The notes: a model not told the origin generated them from the letters alone. A stretch of DNA of 64,000 nt from Eubacteriales bacterium (GCA_045543655.1 JAZPXN010000027.1:64710-128709), one strand, 5' to 3'. Positions 19,427 to 29,370 are shown, numbered from the stretch's first letter. Made by a program: numbers and translations.

Positions 19427-19951
19427 TCAGCGTAATTTTTTGGATAAATAGAGAACGAAATCATCATCGTTGCAGCAAGCAGAATAGGGCGGGCAGGGCT
19501 GTTTCCCGTACCATGCGCCGCTCCCGTCGGGAAGATATCCCCGCTTGACGTAAAGACGATGGGCATTCCCATAACCGCTGTGAAGCCCCACGCTGAGAGA
19601 AACGGTATCGGAGGAACGGGCAGCAAAAGCCTCCGCTACGTCAAGAAGTGCGGTTCCAATCCCATGATTACGAAACTTTTCCAAAACACCGAGATCCACG
19701 ATCTCAGGATATCCGAATTCCTTAAACGGGCCATCCTTCGGGAAGGGATAAAGATTGACGTACCCCGCAACGTTGCCTTGATATTCAGCAACAAAGGAAA
19801 CACAGCGCCCTTCTGCCTGGTGCTGAAGCCTCATCAAGTATTTTTCGACAGACTGATGCCAGCCCTGAGCGATTTCCTCGTCGGTAATGATCTGCGCGTC
19901 GCTTTCTTGCAGATCACGGATCAAGATCCCGTTCTTTTCATAGTAGATCAT
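19427..19951 (-). CDS. GNAT family N-acetyltransferase
   Basis: Acetyl-CoA binding motif LEKFRNHGIGTALL. ATG at 19951 follows GGAGGA; the listed upstream start is a TTG extension. Confidence 0.8.
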   Translation of the reverse strand: MIYYEKNGILIRDLQESDAQIITDEEIAQGWHQSVEKYLMRLQHQAEGRCVSFVAEYQGNVAGYVNLYPFPKDGPFKEFGYPEIVDLGVLEKFRNHGIGTALLDVAEAFAARSSDTVSLSVGLHSGYGNAHRLYVKRGYLPDGSGAWYGKQPCPPYSACCNDDDFVLYLSKKLR

Positions 19952-19964
19952 CGTGGATTCCTCC

Positions 19965-20001
19965 AAAAAAAGGCGGCGTTATCGTAAAGGATAGCGCCGC
20001 C
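19965..20001 (-). terminator. Terminator after TIM-barrel paralog 3
   Basis: GGCGGCGCTAT...ATAACGCCGCC hairpin, followed by T7 on the - strand. Confidence 0.75.
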
Positions 20002-20007
20002 CGTCAA

Positions 20008-20793
20008 TTACAGATTCTTCAGGTATTCGTGATTCTTCTTCACGTCGGCCCAGGTGTGACCCATGGGCATGGTTTCATAGAGGAAGGGACCGGTATAATC
20101 AGCCAGCTCCAGCGCAGACTGCAGGGCTCTCCAGTTGATCTGCCCCTGCATGGGGAACAGATGACGCTCGTCGATGAAGTCGTAGTCAGAAATATGGGTG
20201 GTGACGATCCACTTGCCCACCTTCTTAACGAATTCCACGTGATCCTCACGAAGCAGGTGGTTCACGTCAAAGCAGATACGGGCGTCGGGAATGGCTTCCA
20301 TAAAGCGGAGCATTTCATCGGAATCCCGGCCAAGGCAGGTGCGGGGCAGGTCTTCGATACAGAGAACGCAACCGTTCTTCTTACAAATATCGGAAAGGAC
20401 GGTCAGATGCTCGATAGCAACCTGCATATATTTTTCCCGTTCTTCATCCTTGAAGGGCTCCCGGCTGGGATGGATGACCATGTGCTTGACACCGCCCTTG
20501 CCGCAGCCTTCGATGAAGGGAACGCAGCAATCCAGCGTTTCCTGCCATCTGGCGGGATCGGTGGCGGTGGGATCGGACCAGGGAGAGGGGCCCCACCAAC
20601 GGAAGGGCAGGTGGAAGGACCAGACCTTCACGCCGGACTTCTTTTCCCATTCGGGGATCTTTTCCCAGTTGGCGGGATCGTCAATGCCGGAGATCTCAAC
20701 GAGATCCAGGCCGTCGGCGGCCGCTTTCATCAGTTTCTCTTCGGTGACCATGCCGAAAGAAAGGCCGGTCTTCCACATTTTACGATCAGTCAT
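20008..20793 (-). CDS. Sugar phosphate isomerase/epimerase (xylose-isomerase-like TIM barrel), paralog 3
   Basis: Same family. ATG at 20793 follows GGAGGT. The first 51 aa and last 22 aa are nearly identical to paralog 2, while the centre is divergent. Confidence 0.85.
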   Translation of the reverse strand: MTDRKMWKTGLSFGMVTEEKLMKAAADGLDLVEISGIDDPANWEKIPEWEKKSGVKVWSFHLPFRWWGPSPWSDPTATDPARWQETLDCCVPFIEGCGKGGVKHMVIHPSREPFKDEEREKYMQVAIEHLTVLSDICKKNGCVLCIEDLPRTCLGRDSDEMLRFMEAIPDARICFDVNHLLREDHVEFVKKVGKWIVTTHISDYDFIDERHLFPMQGQINWRALQSALELADYTGPFLYETMPMGHTWADVKKNHEYLKNL

Positions 20794-20838
20794 AATATAT
20801 ACCTCCGTAAGCCGATTGCTTCGGCTTTCTATAATACA

Positions 20839-20867
20839 ATTATAGAAAAAAAATACAGCGTTGTCAA
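20839..20867 (-). promoter_or_regulatory. Sigma-A promoter of TIM-barrel paralog 3
   Basis: Read on the - strand: TTGACA (20867-20862), 17 nt, TATAAT (20844-20839). The upstream box GTGACTTTTTCCGG is at 20888-20875. Confidence 0.65.
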
Positions 20868-20967
20868 TGCTATTCCGGAAAAAGTCACAAAAAAGCAAGA
20901 AAAAAAGGAAACTCCCCTTCTTGCGGAGCAGAAAGGGAGTTTCCGCACAGATTCAACGATAAGAAAA

Positions 20968-22656
20968 TCAGCCGTCAATGCCGGCGAAGGCGTAGAAATC
21001 CTTCCGGAGCGCCTCGGCCTTTTCTACCGCTTCGGCCTGGGTCCGGTCTTTTACCATAACGTAGACCTTCACCTTCGGCTCGGTACCGGAGGGGCGAACC
21101 ACGAGAACGGATCCGTCGGCCAGCCGATAATAGACTACGTTGGACTTGGGAAGTCCCATGGCGCCCTTATTCAAATCGTAGACCTCGTCGACGGCGATGC
21201 CGGCAAAGCCTTCGGGGCGAACGGTGCAGAGACGTTCCATCAAGGCCTTGGTCTTTGCGGGGCCGTCAATGCCCTTCATGGTGATGGAGAGGGTTTTTTC
21301 GAAATACGCGCCGAATTCGTCGTAAATCTCGCAGAGGACGTCGATCAGACCTTTGCCCCGGGCGCTGTAATACGCGGCCATTTCCGCCACGAGAAGAGAG
21401 GCGGCGACGGCGTCTTTGTCCCGGGCGTAGGTCCCGGTGAGATAACCGTAGGATTCTTCAAAGCCAAAGACGTAGGTATGATCCCCCGTAGCTTCAAATT
21501 CCTTAATTTTTTCACCGATAAATTTAAACCCGGTCAGCACGTTGATCATCTTGACCCCATAGGAGTCGCAGATGGCGGTGGTAAGCTCCGTGGAGACGAT
21601 GGACTTGACGGCGGCGGCGTTGGCAGGAAGCTTGCCGTTTTCCTTCATGGAACGAAGAATATAATTCAACAGCAACGCTCCGGTCTGATTTCCGGTCAGA
21701 GCCATATATTCCCCGTTTTTATCCCGGATCACAACGCCCACCCGGTCTGCGTCGGGGTCGGTACCGATAATAAAATCGGCCCCCCTTTCATCGGCCAGCT
21801 TCATGGCGATGGCAAATCCCTCTTTATTCTCCGGATTGGGGGATTCCACCGTGGGAAATTCCCCGGACAGAACCATCTGCTCGGGAACGCAGGTCACGTT
21901 CGTAAAGCCGGCCCGCTTCAGAACCTCGGGAACGAGGCGGTATCCGGTGCCGTGGAAGGGAGTGTAGACGATCGGCATATCGGCCCGGGCCAGAATGGCG
22001 GAGGGATCGATCGAACAAGCCATAACCCGGGCAAGATAGCGCTCGTCAAAATCCTTGCCCAAAATCTCGGTCTTTTCCAGCGTCTCCTCCATCGAAGCAA
22101 CCTTGACGCCGTCAAAGATATCGTTGGAGCAAATGGAGGCGTAGACCACGTCGGCCTGCTCCAGTCCCAATTGAGCGCCGTCTTCCCAATAGGCCTTATA
22201 GCCGTTATATTCCTTGGGGTTGTGGGAAGCGGTGATATTGATTCCGGCAATGCAGTTCAGTTCCCGGATCGCAAAAGAAACCTCGGGAGTGGGACGCAGC
22301 TCGTCAAATAGATAGGTCTTGATCCCGTTGGCCGTCAGCACCCGGCAGGCCTCGACGGCAAATTCCCGGGACAGGATGCGGCAATCGTGTCCGATTACGA
22401 CGCCGCGGACGCAGGCATCGGCACCGGTTTTTCGAATCAACTCCGCAAGGCCCTGGGTGGCGTGGCGAACCACGTAAATATTCATCCGGTTGGTGCCGGC
22501 GCCCAGGATTCCGCGAAGACCGCCGGTTCCGAAGGTCAGGGAAGAACCGAAGCGGCTGATGATCTCAGCTTCGTTTTCAGCAATAGCGGCCAGTTCTTCC
22601 TTGGTTTTTTCGTCAACCACGGGGGAAGAAAGCCAACGCTGTAACATTTCTTTCAT
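20968..22656 (-). CDS. Phosphoglucomutase / phosphomannomutase (alpha-D-phosphohexomutase superfamily)
   Basis: Active-site TASHNPKEYNGYK and Mg loop GTDPDADR. 562 aa, PgcA-like length. Confidence 0.9.
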   Translation of the reverse strand: MKEMLQRWLSSPVVDEKTKEELAAIAENEAEIISRFGSSLTFGTGGLRGILGAGTNRMNIYVVRHATQGLAELIRKTGADACVRGVVIGHDCRILSREFAVEACRVLTANGIKTYLFDELRPTPEVSFAIRELNCIAGINITASHNPKEYNGYKAYWEDGAQLGLEQADVVYASICSNDIFDGVKVASMEETLEKTEILGKDFDERYLARVMACSIDPSAILARADMPIVYTPFHGTGYRLVPEVLKRAGFTNVTCVPEQMVLSGEFPTVESPNPENKEGFAIAMKLADERGADFIIGTDPDADRVGVVIRDKNGEYMALTGNQTGALLLNYILRSMKENGKLPANAAAVKSIVSTELTTAICDSYGVKMINVLTGFKFIGEKIKEFEATGDHTYVFGFEESYGYLTGTYARDKDAVAASLLVAEMAAYYSARGKGLIDVLCEIYDEFGAYFEKTLSITMKGIDGPAKTKALMERLCTVRPEGFAGIAVDEVYDLNKGAMGLPKSNVVYYRLADGSVLVVRPSGTEPKVKVYVMVKDRTQAEAVEKAEALRKDFYAFAGIDG

Positions 22657-22710
22657 AATATACTCCTTTAGTGCGTGGGATTACAGGGGGGAACGGGGGA
22701 TTTGAGGGGA

Positions 22711-22968
22711 TTACAGGGAATTTTTCATGGCCTCCAGAGCGCAGGCAAGCTGATCGGGGCAGGAAGTCCCCTTCATGCCGCAACGGATGCCCTTCAGGGT
22801 TTCGATGACGTCGTCCACCTTCCGGCCTTCGGCCAGACGGGCAACGCCCTGGGTATTCCCGCTGCAGCCACCGGTAAATTTCACGGAAGTCACAATTCCG
22901 TTATCATCCACCTCCAGATGGATGCCCCGGGAGCAAACGCCCTTGGGGGTGTAGTCAAAGGTTTTCAT
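22711..22968 (-). CDS. TSCPD domain protein (TIGR03905-like small protein)
   Basis: GGCSGNTQG and GTSCPDQL motifs. ATG at 22968 lies downstream of AAGGAG. Confidence 0.75.
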   Translation of the reverse strand: MKTFDYTPKGVCSRGIHLEVDDNGIVTSVKFTGGCSGNTQGVARLAEGRKVDDVIETLKGIRCGMKGTSCPDQLACALEAMKNSL

Positions 22969-23025
22969 ATTCAAAATACTCCTTACAGAGAAATAATATA
23001 CGCATTTTCCGGATTTACATTCCGA

Positions 23026-23460
23026 TTATTTGTGATAGGTCATATTCCGCTGGATGGTAAATCCGCGATAGATCTGCTCCAGCAGGATGACCCGCATCAT
23101 CTGATGGGGAAAGGTAAAGGAGGAAAAGGAAAGCCGAAGATCGGCGCGCTGCTTTACGGCGGGATCCAACCCGCAGGAGGAGCCGATCACGAAGGTCATC
23201 TTCGAGGAAATTTGGGTTACGTCGGCGATTTTCTTTGCAAAATCCTCCGACGTCATAGGCTTTCCCTCCACGCATAAGGCCACGGTATAGCCCTCGCACT
23301 CCTTGAGAATGGCGTCCTTTTCGACGGACAACGTGGATTCGGGCAATTCCACAAGCTTCAGCTTGCAGAAGGCGGAAAGACGTTTTTCGTATTCGGCGCA
23401 GGCGTTGCGCCAGTAGGCTTCCTTCAGATTGCCCACGCAAACGATCTTGACGGTCATCAT
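23026..23460 (-). CDS. rlmH: 23S rRNA (pseudouridine1915-N3)-methyltransferase
   Basis: SPOUT-fold RlmH-like sequence over its full 144-aa length (KIVCVGNLKE..., FVIGSSCGL, LSFSSFTFPHQMMRVILLEQIYR). Confidence 0.9.
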   Translation of the reverse strand: MMTVKIVCVGNLKEAYWRNACAEYEKRLSAFCKLKLVELPESTLSVEKDAILKECEGYTVALCVEGKPMTSEDFAKKIADVTQISSKMTFVIGSSCGLDPAVKQRADLRLSFSSFTFPHQMMRVILLEQIYRGFTIQRNMTYHK

Positions 23461-24254
23461 AATTCGAAGACCTCCGACCGTTCGCTGCGGGGAGCGACCT
23501 GCAAAAGAACGTCCTTGCCTGCTTCAATGCCCGACCGGCGGAGAATATTCTCCACGGTGCAAAGGCACAGCGATTCGGTATTGTTTTCCTTGCTCAGATG
23601 GGCAAGATAGACCCGTTCCGCCCCTTGGGAGACGAATTCCACCAGCTCTTCCCCGCTCTGCTGATTGGACAGATGACCGCAGGGGCCGGAAATGCGCTGC
23701 TTGAGGGAATAGGGATAGGGCCCATTGCGGAGCATATCCGCATCGTGATTGGCCTCGAAGATCAAGGCCTTACAACCGGAAAGAGCCTTGCGGACCTCCG
23801 GGGTGACCTGCCCTAAATCGGTAGAGACCCCCACCTTGCAAAGTCCGGTATCGATAACGTATCCGGCGCACTCCGCAGAATCGTGCATACAAGGGAAGGA
23901 GGATACGGCAAAGGCGCCGCTTTTCGCGCTTCCTCCCGTAGGAAGCACGCAGAAAAGATCGGGGTTGATTTCGGGAGAAAGGCGGGCGATCTCGTTTAAG
24001 GTATTCTCGTTGGCGAGGATTGGGATTCGGTACTTTTTGGTGATAGTCTTCAGACCGGAAATATGGTCGGTATGCTCGTGGGTAATAAATATTCCCCGAA
24101 CCCTGGAAAGAGAGGAGCCCACCGAATTGAGCAAGGCTTCGGTTCGGCGGATGCCGGCGCCGGCGTCAACGAGAAGGCCGCAGCCGTCGATCTCCACGTA
24201 AGAGCTGTTGGCACTGCTTCCGCTGACGAGAGTACAGACTTTCAGACGGCTCAC
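23457..24254 (-). CDS. MBL-fold metallo-hydrolase (YycJ-like)
   Basis: ITHEHTDHISG metal motif. The GTG start overlaps the murA stop (GTGA). Confidence 0.85.
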   Translation of the reverse strand: MSRLKVCTLVSGSSANSSYVEIDGCGLLVDAGAGIRRTEALLNSVGSSLSRVRGIFITHEHTDHISGLKTITKKYRIPILANENTLNEIARLSPEINPDLFCVLPTGGSAKSGAFAVSSFPCMHDSAECAGYVIDTGLCKVGVSTDLGQVTPEVRKALSGCKALIFEANHDADMLRNGPYPYSLKQRISGPCGHLSNQQSGEELVEFVSQGAERVYLAHLSKENNTESLCLCTVENILRRSGIEAGKDVLLQVAPRSERSEVFEL

Positions 24255-25555
24255 GACAGATTCTCCGCCTCCAGAGGCGCGGCGGGAACGCCGTCGTCGA
24301 TCTTTTCGATTTCAGCGCCCAGAGAGCGGAGCTTTTCCACCAGTCCCTCATAGCCCCGTTCGATATGGCAGATCTCGGAAACCTCGGTAACGCCTTCCGC
24401 GGCAAGACCGGCAAGGACCATAGAGACCCCCGCCCGCAGATCGCAGGCACGGACCGATGCGCCGTGGAGTTTTTCCACCCCGTCGATAACGCAGACGTTG
24501 CCGTCCACTTCGATTTTGGCGCCCATTTTCCGCAGCTCTGCCGCATAGCGGAAGCGCTGATCGTAAACCCCTTCGGTGATCACGGAAGCGCCGACGGCGG
24601 TGGTAAGCATGGTGGCAAACTGGGGCTGCATATCGGTGGGGAACCCGGGATAGGGCTGGGTTTTGATGTTGATCCGCTCGGGACGGTCAAGGCGGGTGAC
24701 GATAATGGAATCGTCCAGCTCTTCAATGCCGACCCCGGCCTCCTCCAGCTTGGCGGAAATAGATTCCATATGTTTGGGAATGACGTTGCGGACCTCCACC
24801 CGTCCCCCGGCGATGGCGGCGGCCACCATGTAGGTACCGGCCTCGATCTGATCGGGGACGATCTCGTAGCGACCGCCCTTCAGCTCCCGTCCGCCGTTGA
24901 TACGGATCACGTTGGTTCCGGCGCCCTTGATATCTGCGCCCATGGCGTTGAGGAAGTTTGCGATATCGACCACGTGAGGCTCCTTGGCGGCGTTTTCAAT
25001 CGTGACCTTGCCGGGAACGCCGACGGCAGCCAGCATAACGTTGACGGTGGCACCGACGGAAACGATATCAAAATAAATGGAAGCGGGGTTCAGCCCGTCA
25101 GATTCGGCAATGACGTTTCGGGAATCCACGTCCACGGTAACTCTGGCACCGAGAGATTCAAAGCCCTTGATATGCTGGTCAATGGGACGGGAACCGAAAT
25201 CGCATCCACCGGGAAGCCCGACCTTGGCCTGACCGAACCGACCCAGAAGAGCGCCGATAAGATAGTACGAGGCACGCATCTTCCGAACGGCGTCCTGATC
25301 GGCAACCACAGGCTCCCGAATCGAAGAGCAGTCGATGCGATAGGTGGATTTCTCCAACCGGGTCACCTCCGCGCCGAAGGAACGGAGAATTTCAAACAAA
25401 AGGAAAACGTCACTGATCTCGGGAACGTTGTCCAGCGTGCAAACCCCTTTGACGAGAACGGTGGCAGGGATAATCCCCACGGCGGAGTTTTTGCTCCCGC
25501 TGACCGTCACGACACCCTCCAGGGGGTTGCCGCCGTGAATAACAAATTTTTCCAA
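24251..25555 (-). CDS. murA: UDP-N-acetylglucosamine 1-carboxyvinyltransferase
   Basis: EKFVIHGGNPLEGVVTVSGSKNSA N-terminus and full-length EPT-family similarity. TTG at 25555 follows GAGGTG; the listed GTG at 25564 is an alternative start. Confidence 0.9.
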   Translation of the reverse strand: MEKFVIHGGNPLEGVVTVSGSKNSAVGIIPATVLVKGVCTLDNVPEISDVFLLFEILRSFGAEVTRLEKSTYRIDCSSIREPVVADQDAVRKMRASYYLIGALLGRFGQAKVGLPGGCDFGSRPIDQHIKGFESLGARVTVDVDSRNVIAESDGLNPASIYFDIVSVGATVNVMLAAVGVPGKVTIENAAKEPHVVDIANFLNAMGADIKGAGTNVIRINGGRELKGGRYEIVPDQIEAGTYMVAAAIAGGRVEVRNVIPKHMESISAKLEEAGVGIEELDDSIIVTRLDRPERINIKTQPYPGFPTDMQPQFATMLTTAVGASVITEGVYDQRFRYAAELRKMGAKIEVDGNVCVIDGVEKLHGASVRACDLRAGVSMVLAGLAAEGVTEVSEICHIERGYEGLVEKLRSLGAEIEKIDDGVPAAPLEAENLS

Positions 25556-25583
25556 AACGAACACCTCAAAAATTTATGATAGG

Positions 25584-27173
25584 TTACAGATATTTCTGCG
25601 GATCCAGATATGTGCCGGAGGATTGCTTATACAGCGCGAAGTGCAGGTGGTTTCCGGTACTGTTTCCGGTGCTGCCCACGTATGCAATAACCTCGCCCTG
25701 ATAGACCTTCTTTCCGGCGTATACGGTTTTTGCCAGAGAGGAACCGTGGCCGTAGATGGAAATGATCCCATTGCCGTGGTCAATCTTGACGCACCAGCCC
25801 AGAGACCGATCCCAACCGGCAAAGAGAACCGTTCCGGCGTCCGCCGCGTAGATGGGAGTCCCGTAAGCGGCGGCAATATCCAGCCCCTGGTGGTAGTTAC
25901 GGGAGCCCCGCAACCAGCGCCAACCGAAGGGAGAGGAGATATACTGATAGGATTTCAGGGGGAAGATGAACCGCCCGGAGGGGGCGATGGTCTTCGTCCC
26001 GATGAGAACCTTCTGGGGAGAAGGATCTTTGATCTTCGTCCGGGAAACGACGGTGACCGAAGAGGCTCTTCCGTTGACGTAAACGTAATTGGAAATCACT
26101 TCGTAGACCCCTTCGGAGCCCTTGGTCAAAATCTTCTTGGTTCCTTCGTAATAATCGGAGGAATAGGTATATTCGGTCTCAAAGGGAACCGTTTCGGCGG
26201 AGGTGACGGTCATGGTATTTTTCACCGTCAGCTGAAGATAGGGCTTCCCGTAATACAGCGTTTGTCCCACCCGGACGTCCTGCCCCACCGGGATCTCGTT
26301 CAGAAGGCGGAGCACCGGAACGCTGACGCCGGAGCGCTGGGCAAGGGACGAAAGGGTATCCCCCTTGACCACCGTATAGGTCTTCAGAGCGGGGCCGGTT
26401 TTGAAGAGATCCAGAATCCGCGCGTAGCCCAGATCGTAGGAGGTGGCGTACTCGCCCTTGATGACCTCCACGTAATTGATGATCTCCAGATTGTCCTCCG
26501 AAGGGTCCATCACGTAATACTGCAAAACGTTTTCGATGACGGCGTCGAGGACCGAACGGTCCTTGCTGGTGGCCACAAGCTCCCCGTCAATAAAAAGACC
26601 GAAGGAACGGCGGGTATATTCCGACGCCATGGTATAAAGAGACGCGAAAAGCTCGTGATCTTCGGTAAAGCGATCCCGTTCCACGATGGCGTAGCTCAAG
26701 GTCGGGAAGGCTTCGACGAGATATAATTCTTCTCCGGTGGCGATCAGACTTTCCTGCTTGACCCGGCTTTCAACCTTGTCACTGACGCGGCTGTATTGCT
26801 CCGAATTCCGCACGTAGCCGATCACGTCGTCCCCGATGACCACCGAAAGTCCCACGGAATAATGGGAAAAAAACCAGATGCAGCCACCGATCAGCAGTAA
26901 CCCCATCAGGGGAAAAATCACGGGAGAAAGAAAGGAAAACACGGCGGAAGCCGACATCCGAAAACGGTGAAAACCTTTTTGGAACAGCAAAAGAACGCGG
27001 TACCAGGGAGAGGTACTGCGGACGGTCATATGCCGGAATTTTTCGTGATGCGTACGCATATTCCGTCGCCGCAGAGAATAATAACGTCTACGCAGACGCC
27101 GGAAAAGGCGGAAGAGAGAGAATTTTCGCCGGGGGTGGCGGGTTCCGGAATCAGTCCGGTCTTGCTTCGGCAT
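25584..27173 (-). CDS. Peptidoglycan DD-metalloendopeptidase family protein (TM anchor + LysM + G5 + M23 domains)
   Basis: LysM segment (YTVVKGDTLSSLAQRSGV...), G5-like segment, and M23 motifs HQGLD and GNSTGNHLHF. ATG at 27173 follows GGAGGA. Confidence 0.85.
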   Translation of the reverse strand: MPKQDRTDSGTRHPRRKFSLFRLFRRLRRRYYSLRRRNMRTHHEKFRHMTVRSTSPWYRVLLLFQKGFHRFRMSASAVFSFLSPVIFPLMGLLLIGGCIWFFSHYSVGLSVVIGDDVIGYVRNSEQYSRVSDKVESRVKQESLIATGEELYLVEAFPTLSYAIVERDRFTEDHELFASLYTMASEYTRRSFGLFIDGELVATSKDRSVLDAVIENVLQYYVMDPSEDNLEIINYVEVIKGEYATSYDLGYARILDLFKTGPALKTYTVVKGDTLSSLAQRSGVSVPVLRLLNEIPVGQDVRVGQTLYYGKPYLQLTVKNTMTVTSAETVPFETEYTYSSDYYEGTKKILTKGSEGVYEVISNYVYVNGRASSVTVVSRTKIKDPSPQKVLIGTKTIAPSGRFIFPLKSYQYISSPFGWRWLRGSRNYHQGLDIAAAYGTPIYAADAGTVLFAGWDRSLGWCVKIDHGNGIISIYGHGSSLAKTVYAGKKVYQGEVIAYVGSTGNSTGNHLHFALYKQSSGTYLDPQKYL

Positions 27174-27280
27174 AGATCCTCCTTCAAAAAAATAAAAAAC
27201 ACGACGGAAGCACCGGCATTTCTGCCCGTGCTCACGGCTTACTCCAATTTAACTATAGATATTATATATTAAAACCGGAG

Positions 27281-27338
27281 AAAAAGCAAGAGGAATTTTC
27301 ATCATTCCCGGGAATGCGATGAAAATTCCTCTTTTTTT
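27281..27338. terminator. Strong hairpin terminator downstream of luxS
   Basis: 15-bp perfect stem AGAGGAATTTTCATC (27289-27303) / GATGAAAATTCCTCT (27318-27332), with T-runs on both strands. Confidence 0.85.
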
Positions 27339-27359
27339 ACGATTTATTTTACATATTTG

Positions 27360-27809
27360 TCAATAAAAAATTTTTTCCGCAGCCCACTCCCGGATCACGG
27401 CACCGTAACGGGCGGCCATTGCTTTGGCGGCGGCCAGATCGTGTTCCCGGTAATTTCCACATTCCTTTTCCTCGGTACCGGGGATCTCTCCTTCGTAGGA
27501 CGCGATGAAATCGAAGGTCTCCTTGATCAGTTCTACCGCTTCTTCATCGGTATTATGGATCATGAGAAGATAAAATCCGGTGCGGCATCCCATAGGGCCG
27601 AAATAAATGATCTTGTCCCCCAATTTCCCGTTGCGGGCGTGGACGGCGAAAAGATGCTCCACCGTATGCATGGCCGGATTGGGAATGAATTCCTTGTTGG
27701 GGGCGGTCACCCGAATATCGTAGGTGCGTACGCCGTGATCGACCCGGGACAGATAAATTCCCGGCACGAGAACGGTATGGTCAACTTCAAAGCTGGCGAT
27801 GGTTTCCAT
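27360..27809 (-). CDS. luxS: S-ribosylhomocysteine lyase (AI-2 synthase)
   Basis: HTVEHL and GPMGCRTGFY metal-site motifs. 149 aa. Confidence 0.95.
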   Translation of the reverse strand: METIASFEVDHTVLVPGIYLSRVDHGVRTYDIRVTAPNKEFIPNPAMHTVEHLFAVHARNGKLGDKIIYFGPMGCRTGFYLLMIHNTDEEAVELIKETFDFIASYEGEIPGTEEKECGNYREHDLAAAKAMAARYGAVIREWAAEKIFY

Positions 27810-27813
27810 AATA

Positions 27814-28647
27814 TCACAACTCCTTAATCAGATCGTAAACTTCCTGTTTCGAAAGAGAATATTCCTTAGCGATGGCCTTGGCGGCGGCAGATTTTCCCAT
27901 GCCGGCGGCAGCCTTTTCCTGCCACGATCGCAAAATCATCTCTTCGTCGGGCGGAGGCAGTTCCTCGGCGGAGTACCCCTCCACCACCACGACGAATTCC
28001 CCTCGGGGATCGGTGGCTTCGAAATGAGCAACGGCCTCTCCCAGCGTAAAACGGAGACATTCTTCGTAGATCTTCGTAATTTCCCGCACGCAGGCGCATC
28101 GGCGGTCGGGGCCGAAAAGGTCGGAAAATTCCTTCAGAGTCTCCCGGAGACGATGGGGGGCTTCGTAGAAGATCATTGTGCGGGGCTCGGTCTTCAGCGA
28201 AGCAAAAAGCGCGGTCTTTTCCTTCTTGACCGTAGGCAAAAATCCTTCGAAGGAAAAGCGGCGGGAGGGAAGGCCGGACATGGCCAGGGCCGTAACGAAG
28301 GCGCAGGGGCCGGGGACGGCGCTGACCCGAAGGCCGGCGTCGAGGCAATCGGACACGAGGTCTTCTCCGGGGTCGGAAACGGCGGGCATTCCGGCGTCGG
28401 TGATCAGAGCACAGGTCTCCCCTTCCTTCAGCCGGGCAAGAATCTTTTCGCCGTGAGCCTTGCGGTTATGGTCAAAATAACTGATCATCGGCTTACGCAC
28501 GCCGAAGGCAAAAAGAAGGGTGCCGGAATTGCGGGTGTCTTCCGCGGCGATAAAATCCACGGAATTCAGCACTTCCAGCGCCCGGGGGGCAAGATCGCCC
28601 CGGTTGCCGATGGGGGTGGCCACCAGCCAGAGGGACACGTCATTCAT
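27814..28647 (-). CDS. rsmI: 16S rRNA (cytidine1402-2'-O)-methyltransferase
   Basis: LWLVATPIGNRGDLAPRALEVL...AAEDTRNSG, typical of the tetrapyrrole-methylase-fold RsmI. Confidence 0.9.
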   Translation of the reverse strand: MNDVSLWLVATPIGNRGDLAPRALEVLNSVDFIAAEDTRNSGTLLFAFGVRKPMISYFDHNRKAHGEKILARLKEGETCALITDAGMPAVSDPGEDLVSDCLDAGLRVSAVPGPCAFVTALAMSGLPSRRFSFEGFLPTVKKEKTALFASLKTEPRTMIFYEAPHRLRETLKEFSDLFGPDRRCACVREITKIYEECLRFTLGEAVAHFEATDPRGEFVVVVEGYSAEELPPPDEEMILRSWQEKAAAGMGKSAAAKAIAKEYSLSKQEVYDLIKEL

Positions 28648-28662
28648 GATAAAGTCTCTCTT

Positions 28663-29370
28663 TCAAAAGCGGTGAACGGCTTGAAATTGAGAAGTTTCAA
28701 CGCCGTTTTGATCGTATAAAACAAAGGGGGGATCGCATTTCAGCCCGGGGGCCGCGCCCTTCTTACATTCCATTAAAAACAACTCGGGCACTTTATCCGC
28801 CTTGGGATAAACCAAGCGAAGGACCTTCGGCTCCAGCCTCTGTGCAGAACAGACGGACATGGCCTCGCATAACCGTTCGGGCTTGAATACGAAGCAGAAG
28901 CGCCCTCCAAACCGGAGAAGCCGCGCCGCCGCCGTAACCACCTGCTCAAAGGTGCAGGACGCTTCCCGGCGGGAGGCTTCCACCGCATCCCGGGCGGTTT
29001 TCCCGGTGCCGGGCAAAAAATACGGGGGATTGGCGGTGACGAGATCGAATTTTCCGGCGGGCAGGGAGGTCTCGTTGAGATCCTCACACAAAAATTCCAG
29101 CCGGTCCTCCAGGCGGTTATAGGCCACGGATTTCCGGGCAAGGTCGATGCAGGCGGAGGAAATATCCACCCCGAAAACCCGCTCGGCACATCCCTCGGCG
29201 CCCAATAAAAAAGGGAGGATTCCCGTGCCGCAGCAAAGATCCACGGCGGTACGGAATTGCTTTTCCGCCGCAAAGGAGGCCAGCAAAACGGCGTCGGTGC
29301 CGAAGCAGAATCCGTCCGTATCCTGATAGATTTTCCAGCCGTGCACGAAAAGGTCGTCCAGACGGATCAT
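28663..29370 (-). CDS. Class I SAM-dependent N6-adenine methyltransferase, YabB/TrmN6-like (tRNA1(Val) m6A37-type)
   Basis: DLCCGTG SAM motif and NPPY motif (VTANPPYF). It sits upstream of rsmI, as yabB-yabC does in Bacillus. Confidence 0.75.
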   Translation of the reverse strand: MIRLDDLFVHGWKIYQDTDGFCFGTDAVLLASFAAEKQFRTAVDLCCGTGILPFLLGAEGCAERVFGVDISSACIDLARKSVAYNRLEDRLEFLCEDLNETSLPAGKFDLVTANPPYFLPGTGKTARDAVEASRREASCTFEQVVTAAARLLRFGGRFCFVFKPERLCEAMSVCSAQRLEPKVLRLVYPKADKVPELFLMECKKGAAPGLKCDPPFVLYDQNGVETSQFQAVHRF

